The translations under genes were made by a program, and so were the position numbers. A model generated the notes under the pieces. That model did no database searches and was not told the DNA's origin. It saw only the letters and a list, made by a program, of their open reading frames with translations. A stretch of 63,215 nucleotides of DNA, the filler included, from Perkinsus chesapeaki ATCC PRA-425 (Eukaryota; Protista; Perkinsozoa), in NCBI GenBank assembly GCA_013115145.1. It is 6 parts of 6 records of this genome, joined end to end, with 100 filler letters (N's around TTAATTAATTAA, not from the genome) between each part and the next. Parts side by side here need not be neighbours in the genome. Positions count along the whole stretch, not along the records: positions 1 to 28,312 come from JAAPAO010000476.1; 5 more parts are not named here. One strand, given 5' to 3'. This document shows, piece after piece, positions 1-11,513 of the stretch; position 1 is the first letter of the stretch; every line of letters begins with the position of its first letter.

Positions 1-151
1 TTCAGCTGTTTGTGTCACTGTCCCCTGACGCGAAGGTTTCAACCTCAGTAAAACGGCCAGTCTTCCTTGCGCACGAACCAGGCATTTTATGACCACTGTC
101 AAATTCTTCCACTCAGCGCGAGCTTGTTGTTTCAGGTTATCCTCATTCCAA

Positions 152-559
152 ATGACCAACTACATAATCCTTGTTCTCTCCACGTTGGTGGTGGTTGCCA
201 GCAGTGCTGCACCATTTGATGGCAAGTACAAGGCGTTCGTGGAATCCATCGGTTTCCAACTCGATGTGACCGTCGCTTACCCTAACGTTGATATCGGCTT
301 CACGTGTGACAAGAAAGCTCCACCTTACCAAGGAAGCTTTCAGTTCGAGTTTGACGTATCAAAAAGTATACTGAGCCTCTCCGATGCTGCTCAAAAAGCC
401 CCGCCCTATAAAGGCTTGCTTAAGGCGTTCTCGGAGCTTTGCTCTGACATCAAACTGAAGCCGCAAGAGAAGCCTTTAAGTTTGTTTGCGTACAAAAAGA
501 AGGACAATGATCTAGTAACTGCCGTCGGAGGAAATTTGGTTATACTGCAGAAGGTCTAG
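152..559 (+). CDS. Small secreted protein, copy 1 of a tandem pair (lineage-specific family)
   Basis: Intronless ORF MTNYIILVLSTLVVVASSAAPF... with an N-terminal hydrophobic signal. ATG152 follows the acceptor-like TTTCAG|G at 136. A near-identical paralog lies 1743 bp downstream. Confidence 0.75.
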   Translation: MTNYIILVLSTLVVVASSAAPFDGKYKAFVESIGFQLDVTVAYPNVDIGFTCDKKAPPYQGSFQFEFDVSKSILSLSDAAQKAPPYKGLLKAFSELCSDIKLKPQEKPLSLFAYKKKDNDLVTAVGGNLVILQKV

Positions 560-595
560 AAGTATTACACATTCACGTCTCTATTTTGTTCGTAC

Positions 596-905
596 AACTG
601 CTCTGTCGGTTATATCGGCTTTTCGGCTACTCTTTCATACGCCCATAGCGCCCATTGCTGTCCATGTGGTGATTTTTCTACTATCACCGATATCCTATTA
701 TCTATCGGCTCCTTCTGTAAGATCTCTACTCTCGAGCTTTCATGAACTCCAGAGAGATGCTGCAGAATTGAAATCCGTCTACCACCACAATGATGTTGTG
801 CCCTTCGGGCAGAGCATATGATGACTACACTTCTAGGCTGGAAATTCAGTCCATCTGTAGTCGAAGAATCTTTAGGTCCCCGTTGGTGAGGTGTTGTGTT
901 GCTGA
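596..905. repeat. Duplicated downstream block, copy 1 (homologous to ~2335-2665)
   Basis: Direct alignment by eye, e.g. CATGTGGTGATTTTTCT, CAGAGAGATGCTGCAGAA and CTAGGCTGGAA.TTCAGTCCATCTGTAGTCGA are shared by both copies. Confidence 0.8.
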
Positions 906-1894
906 GTAGTCTACACCTTTTCAAGATGGCGATGGCTAGTTTTTGTTGGAAAGATAACGCGTACAGTTGACAACGAGAGAGGAGCGAGTGAGACCTGCAG
1001 GCATCAGTAGGCAATCCGTGCCACCATCGTTGACGCTTAACAACCAAACTTATGGACCATTGCGGAATGAGCGCAGAAGTGTAGCACACACAGTATAGCT
1101 AACTCGGTGAATGGTAAAAGTGTGTTTGTCTTGGAGATTTTGGGGCCCTACAAGCTGCGGAACAATAGCCTATTGTCAATAGGGTACCTTGTCGTGTACG
1201 GCAGCGAGTCTACCGCGCCGAAATCTGTAGGGAGACAGCTCATGTGCGTGCCACGTGCAGCGCGTGTCACGGAACGTGCCGACGTTAGCAAGAGAAAAGG
1301 TTGACCGCAACTCTGGCCGCAACTCGGCCAACGGTGACTACAAGTCTACGGTGAAGCACAGCTCACCGTTAGTAGTGTTACAATAAGTTGCGGTCGTATG
1401 TGACATCTCGAGTAGAATCTTTCGGTACTATTCGGCCACTTTTATCGACTCGAGGAGCGTTGACTGTTTTTCCCGGGGTGAAATCCAAAGTCAATGAAGA
1501 CAAATACTCCGGCAGTCTAATATGACCTGTCGCTAATCACAGAAACATCGGCGTCGGCTCCCCTGTATCGAGAGCAAGTAGAATGAAATGGAGCTCAAGC
1601 ACTGATGTAGGAATTAGTAGCAATAAGTTGCTCCCATTCTCTGACGGATCCAGTTTGATGCAGATCGCTTTTCAAGCAGAATTCCTGGATTCGTAGTAGA
1701 CAACACTTCTATCTTTTCACGGTCACCATCAGTTTCGCTAAGGAAAGTGAGCAACGATAACAGCACTGGTTACTCTTGTAAAGATTGTTCCATTCGTGAC
1801 TCATTCACTCGCGATGTTGGAGATCAGTGTAATCTGTAACAACTTCTATCTTCCATAATTTCTAACTTGCTATGCCAGGTTATCCTCATCCCAA

Positions 1895-2302
1895 ATGACC
1901 AACTACGTAACCCTTGTTCTCTCCACACTGGTGGTGGTTGCCAGCAGTGCTGCACCATTTGATGGCAAATACAAGGCGTTCGTGGAATCCATCGGTTTCC
2001 AACTCGATGTGACCGTCGCTTACCCTAACGTTGATATCGGCTTCACGTGTGACAAAAAAGCTCCACCTTACCAAGGAAGCTTTCAGTTCGAGTTTGACGC
2101 ATCAAAAAGTATACTGAGCCTCTCCGATGCTGCTCAAAAAGCTCCGCCCTACAAAGGCTTGCTTGAGGCCTTTTCGTCCAGGCTTTGCCCTCATATTAGT
2201 GAGCCGAAAGACAGGCCTCTAAGTTGGTTCTCGTACCGATCCTCTGACGACGAGCTGGTAACTACCATTGCCACGAGTTTGGTGATACTGCAGAAGGTCT
2301 AG
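1895..2302 (+). CDS. Small secreted protein, copy 2 of the tandem pair
   Basis: MTNYVTLVLSTLVVVASSAAPF...LVILQKV. The first ~90 codons are almost identical to 152-559. Confidence 0.75.
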   Translation: MTNYVTLVLSTLVVVASSAAPFDGKYKAFVESIGFQLDVTVAYPNVDIGFTCDKKAPPYQGSFQFEFDASKSILSLSDAAQKAPPYKGLLEAFSSRLCPHISEPKDRPLSWFSYRSSDDELVTTIATSLVILQKV

Positions 2303-2334
2303 GCGCACTCAACAGTAACTCCCTGATTTCGTTG

Positions 2335-2665
2335 TGTCAACTGCTCAGTGGGTCATACAGGCTTTTCGGCTACCCTCTCACACGCCCACAGGGCAAGCCC
2401 ATACCTCTTTTGCTGTTCATGTGGTGATTTTTCTGCAATCACCGGTATCCTATTATATATCGGCTCCTTGTGTGAGATCTCTCCTCTGGAGCTTTCATAA
2501 GCGTCAGAGAGATGCTGCAGAAGTGAAGCCCGTACGCCCCTACAATCACTTTGTGCTTTGTGCCCAATGGGCAGAGCTTATAATAACTATACTCCTAGGC
2601 TGGAAGTTCAGTCCATCTGTAGTCGAGGAATCCTGAGGTCCCTGTTGGCGAGGTGTTGTGTTGCT
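2335..2665. repeat. Duplicated downstream block, copy 2
   Basis: Homologous to 596-905, including a 12-nt indel. Confidence 0.8.
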
Positions 2666-3170
2666 AAGCAGTTTACAATGATTGAGCCACTGACAATGAC
2701 AATGATAGGGTGAGATGGGCGATGGAGCCATTAGAGACCCGGCTACATGAATAGGGAAGATGGGAGAATCGGACAATAGAAACCGCCGGGCCGGGGGGGG
2801 GCTAATCGTAGTGCACAAACAGAATTAGCAGATTCTGACGAAGAGGGGGCCGTGGTGTTGCACGGGTGATCGTACAACCACTAACTATCACTGTCAATGA
2901 CTCATTAAATATATTCGCAACTGACCGAACGCAACTCGGGGCGCAATAATCGCAATTACTGACCTTCAGAACTTACGATACCCGCAGGAAGCGGGGTGAT
3001 ATTGCACGAGAGATGCGCTCGCAAGGCGCTGACTATCGCACTAGTCATAGAGTCTGATAATGTATGGAAGCCTGGGGGCGTCTGATCATGTACACTCGTC
3101 GAGCTACAATGGAAAGGGTGACAAGCAACAAGAGTAGCAGCTTTTTTGACAAGAGAAAGATAACGGAAGG

Positions 3171-4376
3171 TTATGCGAACCTGATCAGCCTGCGACGAGT
3201 TGTCGGTCTACCAAGGACAATACTTAGACCAAGGCTGTCGAGAGAGAAGGTGATAGTCTCCGCATCTTGGTCGTAAGTCAGCGTGGCTCCTAACATCAAG
3301 TGTGACGATAAACCCGGCGAGTGATCAGCTACCTGCAATGAGGCCCCTGTAAGCTTCAGGGATGCTCGACAGATCTGTGAGTTGGATATTGGCACCGTCA
3401 ATCTCATAGGGGAGGTTGGTCAGCTGTATATTCGTACTCGCAACCGTGACGTTCCTAAGAAGCAATAATTAGGAGTTAAGAGACAGCCCAATAATTGACT
3501 CACATTTCTTGGACGAGAGTCTCGGACTCTGCAAATAGTGCCCTGGCGGTCACTGTTGTTTCGCCGAGAGTAGTGCTGCCCTCGTAGAGGCCTGTGGGAT
3601 AACCTGAGGCTCAAAAGAGATACACCACATGACAAAACCTAAAGAGAGCTTCTCTCACCTGGGTGCACAGGCGCGGCGGTAGTAGTCGGGCCAGGTTCGG
3701 CAGTAGTGGTAGGGCCAGGCTCGGCAGTAGTGGTAGGGCCAGGCTCGGCAGTAGTGGTAGGGCCAGGCTCGGCGGTAGTAGTCGGGCCAGGCTCGGCGGT
3801 AGTAGTCGGGCCAGGTTCGGCAGTAGTAGTCGGGCCAGGCTCGGCGGTAGTAGTCGGGCCAGGTTCGGCAGTAGTAGTCGGGCCAGGTTCGGTAGTAGTA
3901 GTCGGGCCAGGTTCGGCAGTAGTGGTAGGGCCAGGCTCGGCGGTTGTAGTCGTAACTCCTCTACAGAAGACTTCTCGACCTTCGGGGCATTCTTCCGGGT
4001 TAGTGTTGTAGAAGCACACATCACTACTGTTGGGAAGATGATAACTGACAGTGAAAAGCGTGACACATCATTCGCCCTCCTGAAGCTTACAATCCTTGGC
4101 AAACTCCAACTCCGTCCTCAGGGTTACCGAAGGGCTTGCAGTAAGAGCCGTACTTGCCACAGTCGGTCAGGCCGGAAGAGCCGCAAAGCGATTGACAGTA
4201 CTCCTGAGCACAATGAAAACTTCCCGGAACTGGCGGAATATACAGGAAGGCCTTCGTCGCCTTACGTCTTCTTGAGTAAGAGTAGGGCTTGCAGCGCTAC
4301 CATCTTCTAGCTTGACGGAAGAGAGGCCTTCCGCCAAGTTATGGAGGACCAGGAAAAGGGCGATATTACCAATCAT
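3171..4376 (-). CDS. Secreted Cys-rich/mucin-like protein (multi-exon)
   Basis: Hand splicing at GT-AG sites gives signal peptide MIGNIALFLVLHNLAEG, then a Cys-rich domain (HCAQEYCQSLC..DCGKYGSYCK..VCQGFYHLPNSSDVCFYNTNPEECPEGREVFC), a (TTTAEPGP)11 stalk, and a C-terminal domain GYPTGLYEGSTTLGETTVTARALF...LIRFA*. Confidence 0.8.
3672..3953 (-). repeat. 24-bp coding tandem repeat (TTTAEPGP x11)
   Basis: Unit GGTAGTAGTCGGGCCAGG(T/C)TCGGC on the + strand, no spacers. Confidence 0.95.
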
Positions 4377-6077
4377 CTTCAATGTTTGGAAAAACGAATA
4401 AATCTCGGCGGCCCGTTCGCGGCGGGAACTTTCCGCGGGAACATCTTAGCTACAAGCCCTCGAAAACATGCTCCACGCTTTCATCATCGTAAATAACGCT
4501 GTTTCATTCTTTATTTCCAGTATTTGAGTGCTGTTGTGTCGTAATCAGTATGTGAAAGCCCGCCATCATGGCCTCCTGTTATCTGAGGCCCAAGAAGCAA
4601 CAGTGAGAGAGGCGCGCATTCTCTGGAGAGCTAATTTCGTAGTATTATGCATTCCTAGTTGTTGTACTGCGGGATTCTCGCACTTCGACTTTCAGACAGT
4701 TCCTACTCGAGAAGCTTGCGTCGGTCTGTTATCAATGGTCCTCTATAGCAACGCAAAGAACTGAAATTTTCGCGACTGTCGACATGGTTTCATATCCGCA
4801 CGCATACGCATGTACTTGGTGAAGCAGGCTTAGGGGCGCAGCAGCGCTCCACGTGGAAACCTCACAACAGGCCGCCGGCGACTACTAAGAGTGTCGTTAT
4901 AATTTATCGTGTTTTTTAAATTACAACGCTTTGTAGTGTCGGCGGCTGCGCGGCACACCGAGTGCGTGGCCGCGGTTCGGTGAGCACGCATGCGTTAGAT
5001 AATGCTTATAATAGCAGAGAAGCGAAGAAATAGAGAGCATAGGCATGCTAACGACACCTGCCGAGGCACTGTCGACGTCTCAGGCGTGTCACCTATAGCA
5101 AGCGGCCTGGCGTGGTTGCACTCAACGTGTGCTCGCACACGGGGCGACTCGCCCCGGGCGAGTAGTGCGTCACTGGAGCGCGTATCTTTCCACGTTCATG
5201 CACTACCGCACTCCGAATATTCCCTATCGTATGTCGGTAGTCCTTTGTTGCGAACGTTGTTCGTGTAACTCCACGTTTTTTCAACCTCCCACTCCGCCCT
5301 GGGGATCCTTATGCTATCTGCGCGGCCCTGTCTACTCTACTATCCTTCACGGTCCGTTTCAGCAGTCACCCTGCGGACGGGTTTATCGGTTTACTCTCAC
5401 GGCCGCTCATCCCGCCGCAGCGCTGTACCACTTGTCACCATATTCCCGAATATCATCCGCACAAGGCGTGCGGGCTAAAGGTTTCCCATGTCTACTCTAC
5501 GCTCGTTGTGTTGCTCCAGGGGTCAGAGCGCTAGTTTATGCTCCATGTGAGGCTACCACATTGAGGCACGCAACCACTGGAGTGCCATCCAACTGTGAGG
5601 AAGCCGGAAGCTGGAATACACAAAAGATGCTATCGCGACTCGAAGAGTCTCCGACAACCGCACCGCCCAAAGTCGAGGATCCGAGGCTTCAGACACTACC
5701 TACCTGGCGCTAGCTTTGAGCACTTGAAGCTTTGAGCTTTTACTTCATAGACTGTCTACCTGTAAACTGAATGCGTCGAAATCTCCTTCGGTTGATTTCT
5801 CATGAAGTTTGTGGCTTACGAATGTCCGAATTTTTGGCCTTGATCCTTCCGAAGTTTCGTGAGGAAACGGTGAGACTACTCTTTGGTGATGATGCGAAGG
5901 CTAGAGCTGAAGCTGAATGAATGTCGGGCCTCTATGTGGGTGAGGGACTCACTCACTTTGGTGATAACTGTGAAGCATGGAGAAGGTAAAGCTAAGGTCC
6001 TTAGCCTAAGGTCGTTATACGATATAATAATTAATGACAATGATAGGAATCTTTCTAAGGGTAGACTGATTTATACG

Positions 6078-6786
6078 CGGCTCGTTCATTAAACTTTGAA
6101 GAAACTGGTTCTGGAAATGGTTTTCAAAACTGGTTTTGGAAACTGGTTTTGAAATTGTGTTCATAGAAATGGTTTCATAAATTTTCCATACTGGTTTTAG
6201 AACCAGTGCTTGCAAGCGTTCACTCAAACGAGTTTTCAAAACCAGTTCTCAAAGCCGGTTCCAGGGCTATTTTAGGAGAAATCCTTCTGCCCAGGGTCGA
6301 ACCCGAAAGCAAAATCAGCAAATCGACTTAACTGCCCCAGCCTCGGTTCGTGCCTACGCCTCACGTGCGTAATCATGCCCGCCTTGACTAAAATTCCATG
6401 AACCGTGTTAGCAGTAGGCATACACTTGTTAATGAAATACTCTTCTTAAATTTCCTCGCATATACAAGTGCCATTGATCACGAATAGGGCTGGACGCCTG
6501 GTCGCATAAGATTTCGGAGTCGTGTACTCATCATGCGCTTTCTAACCCCGAGTCCCTCTGGCGCTGTCACGCGCCACAAAAATCTCGGAACTGCTCGGAC
6601 CAGTTTTGAAAAATGGGTTTTGAAAATTAGTCCCGAGACCAGTTTTGGTCTTCAATGAACGCTCTCAAAACTGGTTCCGAAATGAGTTCTGAAACTGGTT
6701 CTAGAACCCGTTTGGTGAACGCAATTTCCACGAAACCGGTTCTAGAACCGGTTTTGGAAATCAAAACCAGTTAAATGAACGAGCCG
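6078..6786. mobile_element. 709-bp MITE / non-autonomous DNA transposon
   Basis: TIRs CGGCTCGTTCATTAAAC (6078-6094) and GTTAAATGAACGAGCCG (6770-6786), 16/17 complementary. Flanked by a 3-bp direct repeat ACG (6075-6077 and 6787-6789). At least ten subterminal A(A)CTGGTT/AACC(A/G)GT motifs. No transposase ORF. Confidence 0.75.
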
Positions 6787-6851
6787 ACGGAGTCTCGAGG
6801 GGAAGAACACCTAGAATAGCCCACTACCACTCACGCGAAAAATTTAGCACA

Positions 6852-6933
6852 GACACTTTGGCCGAGTGGTTAAGGCGGCGGCCTGCTAAGCCGTTGGGCT
6901 CTGCCCGCGAGGGTTCGAATCCTCCAGGTGTCG
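6852..6933 (+). tRNA. tRNA-Ser(GCT)
   Basis: 82-nt cloverleaf GACACTT...AGGTGTCG, D-loop TGGCCGAGTGGTTAAGGC, anticodon arm GCGGC-CTGCTAA-GCCGT (GCT at 6885-6887), long variable arm, T-loop GGTTCGAATCC. Confidence 0.96.
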
Positions 6934-8215
6934 TAGATGTTTAGTTCCAATTTGAGTTTTCCGGGTTTACCCGAGTCCTTCCTCCCGGACGGTTGGGTGT
7001 CGATACCCGAAATTGGAAACCGAAACCCGCGACCCGCAAGCCAGGGCAGGGCAGAGCTTCCAATATCGTGGTACTAAGCGCTCAGCCTGTCAGGCGATCG
7101 GCAGCCGATCTCGGCTGCCATCAACTAGCATCAGAACTTAAACCGTGCTAGCTGGCGTGTTAGATCCTGAAGATCTATATCTGTATTCGACTAATTAACA
7201 ACTATTAGATCCTTAGTATTGCTCAGTTATAACCATACGCAGATTCTTCATAGTCCGTGACAGTATCCTTAATGTTTATCTCGCCCGCCATACTGTAGCC
7301 GTCGCGTATATATAGTTGAGTGAATGCTGAGTTGAGATTAAGTCAAGATTCTGTTGGTATTATTATCATTTTCTATCTTACCGACTCGAGTTAACATCTC
7401 CTACAACTGGTTAAATCTAACAGCGGAGCCGAATAGCCTGGTGGGGAGAAGCTTCATCAGGGAGGGCGGGTGGTAAAAATTAACTAACTGTAGTTCATTG
7501 GACTACAATTTGTAAACAAACCGGATGAACATTCAAGATTCACTAGGCGTGCTGTCGCTGGACTCGCTCGCCCACCTATCACACCCGAAAGAATCTGCAG
7601 CATCGCGCCGGCAGTCATACCGAGTAAACTTGGTCAACTACGTCAACCCTCATAGTTTCTGGGTTGAGCAGCGATATCACCGTACCGACAATCTCGATTG
7701 AGCGGTTCTTAATCTGGCTGTACAGCAGGACACAGACACGATCCTGTTCTTTCTCTGAGCAGAGTCAGCTACCTGCTGACACTGTCAATTTTACAAAAGA
7801 CCAGGGATTCAAGGATGCCTTCACGCGCAATGATACCCATTAGCGCATTCAGAAGGATACGGCTGGCGAAAGATGTAGTTATGAGGCACATAGGGTACGT
7901 GATATAACGAACAGCGATGGCGATCATACGGCATTCAGCGATGCTCATATTAGGCAGTGCAATACAGAAGCTGCCCAAGAGGTTCAAACCTCTCGCATCT
8001 GCAAATTGCAGACTGCAATTTAAGTTATCCTGCATCTCGGCTTTGAGTCACTAATGGACTTCATATGTTCCCACGGGGAATGTGTCTGTTGTCTGTTTAG
8101 GGTTTAGAGAGATATTCTCGTTATATCCCGGAAGGTTAGGATAAGTTATGCTCTCCATATTTCAGACTTTACAACGCAAGGCGAGCCTCGAATAGGAAAG
8201 AGCTTCCTCGAAAGT

Positions 8216-10490
8216 CTACTTCTCCTTTTTAGTTTCAGTCTCCTCCACAGTCTTCTGCTGCTCCGCTGCTCGTTTCTCCTCCTCGTTCAATCGTCTTTGG
8301 ACCTCAGCCTTGGCATCGGACTCCGACACATTCCTGAAGCACACTTAGGCCCCACTAGAGACTGTCGATTGCTCACGTGCAAAGGAAAATCGAATAGGCG
8401 GTGATCGCCATCATGATGAACACAGAAACCGAGAACCCCACAGCGACGATAATGGGGTGGTCTCGGACAAACTTCGACTGTATCTGAAGGACCATAAAAT
8501 CATCTTCATGACTTCACCGATGATCCTGAAAATGCTCTCGACTCGGGAGTCCCGAGCGTCGAGGAACATCAGACGTTCTCGGAAGAGATGATTCAATTTT
8601 TCATTTTACTTTAGAAGCAAATTCTTTGCCGGACGTCGCATTATATATCCACACTAGACCTCGGGGACCACTTAGCGTGGAGAAATGCTGACGGCATTAT
8701 GCCGTAAACTTTCCATTATAAAGAGTTTTTTCTTCCCAGAAAGTTTGTGGACCATTCTTTTCAGTCGTCGACCACCCAGCCTGGGTGACCCAGATCATGT
8801 TCCTGTTAAAATTTAATCAAAAAATAGAGACATCAATGATTCTCTGCTTTCTGATTTCTTTAGGCCCTCTCGAACGCCTTGCATGACTCACCAGCTTCTC
8901 AAACTGTGCCATCGCGCGCTTCAATCCACTCGGGGGTTTCGGGACATCCTGCGCACAATTAGATCCCTCACGGAAAGATACTCCTACTTGGCTCTCAGCT
9001 GCCTTCACCGTGTACACTTCCGGTGAGCTGGCAAACTCCATCAGAGCCTCCAGTGTTCTTGGTCCGCCGTAGCGGTACATCTTACCGTGGTTTATCAAAT
9101 AGAGTGTCGGCAGCCTTTTAATAGTGAATCTACAGAAAACAAGTAAATACGCATAACAAGTATTTCGAGAGTTTGGACTCGGCAACTTGGATTACATTAG
9201 GGGCATTTCTAGGGTATACAGTGAAGGAATTAATCGAAAACTCGTTTCACTTAGTGAATGACCGAGTTGTCAAGAAGCGCGCGTTCTAGATGACGCGTAC
9301 TGTAAATATATTGACCCTCGAATTCATCAGCAATAAAAGAGAAAAGATGCATTTGTTTTTCATTGCTAATACATATCTCGACTAAAATCGGCATCCCGAA
9401 AAAAATCTTCGACACTTTTCCGTTAAGTTAGATGATTCCCACATGAGCTTAGTGGTATAATAAACAGACTTCAGCGCAGCAACTAGGAGTTTCGGGTCTG
9501 TCTCGGCCAACGAAGTTCAGGAAAATCTTCCCATATTCTACTCCACGGTGGAAAAACCTATCAAAAGAATACCTGTGCTGGAAATATTTTTCAAATAGCC
9601 GACGGAAAACAGCAGATGAAGTCATACACGAGTCGAAAAGGAGGCGCTACTTACCGCGATCCAATCTCAGTGTTAGCAGTCACATCAACAGCAGCGACAT
9701 TCACTTGCCCGAACCTGAAACACTCTTCGAATCGACAAGCGTGCTCGTATCTTGCACGCTTAACCTCAAGATACTTACATCTCATCCGCAAGATCCTCCC
9801 AAGTCGGCAGCAACTTTTGACAGTGGCCGCACCAGGGGGCATAGAACATAACGAACCATGGGCCTGAAATCAGGAACGACTCAGAACACAAGGAAGAGAA
9901 GATTTCCAGAGAAAAGGGATGTGAACACGCTCGACTTTCCTCCCCCAAAATCTCGAAGCGTCCATCCGCACCGTGAGCCACTATGAATCCGAAAAATGCC
10001 TCTCTTCCGAAAACAAACCAAAGAGTCGCATTTTTGGTACAGTAACGCTCTGGTGATTGATTTTCTGCAAAGTCGTTCTTAACACGGCCACTAACACGGC
10101 CACACAATCCTCCCAATACTTGAAATTTTTCAACTAGTTAATTGAAAATAATATAAGAGCATGACAGTCATATTTCCAAGCATCCTGCGATAGCGCTATC
10201 GAATGAATCAAGCCTCGCAAAAGCGTGTTCCTAATGTGGAAATATAATACTGATCACTCTGGAAAATAAAAAGTGAAATGCATCCCTGCTGGGAAGATTC
10301 TGTCTTTCTCCAGGACTCCGCGACAACACTCACCGGTAGTGCTGCCAGTCGAAGCCTGAGTGTCATGCTCGAAGCTCTCATCTGTGAGTATCCTCAACTT
10401 GCTGCCTTCACGGAACTCATGACCCTCCGTTAGGAAAGTGCCAAGAGCGCTCAGGATTGCAAGAATCGATACAAATCTCTTCGAAAACAT
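8216..10490 (-). CDS. Membrane-anchored thioredoxin/PDI-family protein (TMX-like)
   Basis: Signal peptide [23 protein letters not shown], spliced exons [28 protein letters not shown]|[20 protein letters not shown]|[22 protein letters not shown], then [27 protein letters not shown] and a charged tail ending TKKEK*. Confidence 0.88.
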
Positions 10491-10588
10491 TTGATTAATA
10501 CAAAACAACTACCAAATCGATCGCTCGATCGATTTCAAAACACAACCAATCACAGAACTTGACACTTAAAATCATGCAAAAGCATATC

Positions 10589-11375
10589 TCACGCAATCCT
10601 CTCCCTCGAGGCAGATCGGCTCCGGGCAGGCACCAATAAATCTCCCCTCAAAGGTACTGGTCGATACTTCTCGAAACCGGCGCAAAAAGCGCTCGCCCGA
10701 TTGATCGATTTTGACATTGGCGGAGGCCTATGTCCGACCGTGTTTTTCGGTGATGTCATCGGATTACCTCGAGAAGATGCGAAAATACTATGCTTGATGT
10801 TTTTCACAGATGTAGAAATACATAATCAATCGCTCGATCGATTGTCGTACACTGCTGGAATATCTTTTAGTCTGCAAAATCTTCGCTGAAAAATCCTCAC
10901 AAATTGCAAAAATATTGAAAAATTATAAAATTTCCGCAATTTTTCAGCGAAAAAAATACAAGATTTACCAAAATTTTCCCTCTGCCTAATCATCACAGAC
11001 GCGAAGCGAGTTGAGCCTATAATCGATCAAAGCTTTGCGCACGCGTACAAATCGCAATTTAACAAGATCATTCGGTCATTCTCAAACATCTCACTTGGTA
11101 AACCTCCAGCGTAGCTCCGCAAAGGACTAATTCCTCTCGATAAATTACGCCTCCTTATAGACACCGGACGTCGCTTCGCAGAATAACCATCAACTGAAAA
11201 TAGCTAAAATCGATCTCTTGATCGATTTCTTACCTTTCACCCTCTCCCCAAATATCTTCGGTGCCCGCTGTCTCGCCACCGCTCGACACTCCGCCAAGAT
11301 TCGCTCGTCGCTATCATGCTCATGCGCCGAAGAAAACGCAACCAACTCATCCAGACTTAGCGATATTAAGCTCAT
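10589..11375 (-). CDS. Possible small intron-containing hypothetical gene
   Basis: ATG11375 MSLISLSLDELVAFSSAHEHD... splices in frame via GTAAG..TTTCAG to VDGYSAKRRPVS... Later exons are uncertain. Confidence 0.3.
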
Positions 11376-11513
11376 GTAAAAAACTGATAAAATCGATCAC
11401 GTGATCGATATTTAGCTAACACAACAATACCGATAATACCGCAATAGATCCATGTCAATCAGACATACATTCGATGTAAAAAGCGCTCGCCCGATTGATC
11501 GATTTCCTCGTCC

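Noticed and set aside
3611-4310. Long ORFs in other frames across the mucin repeat (GSSGRAR.., VVVGPGSA.., LLPNLAR..)
   Set aside because: Shadow frames of the 24-bp repeat. Only the TTTAEPGP frame joins the signal-peptide and Cys-rich exons.
5100-5400. SRP-RNA Alu-like start GCCTGGCGTGGTTGCAC
   Set aside because: No helix-8 or other SRP motif downstream. The structure is better explained by the palindrome chain.
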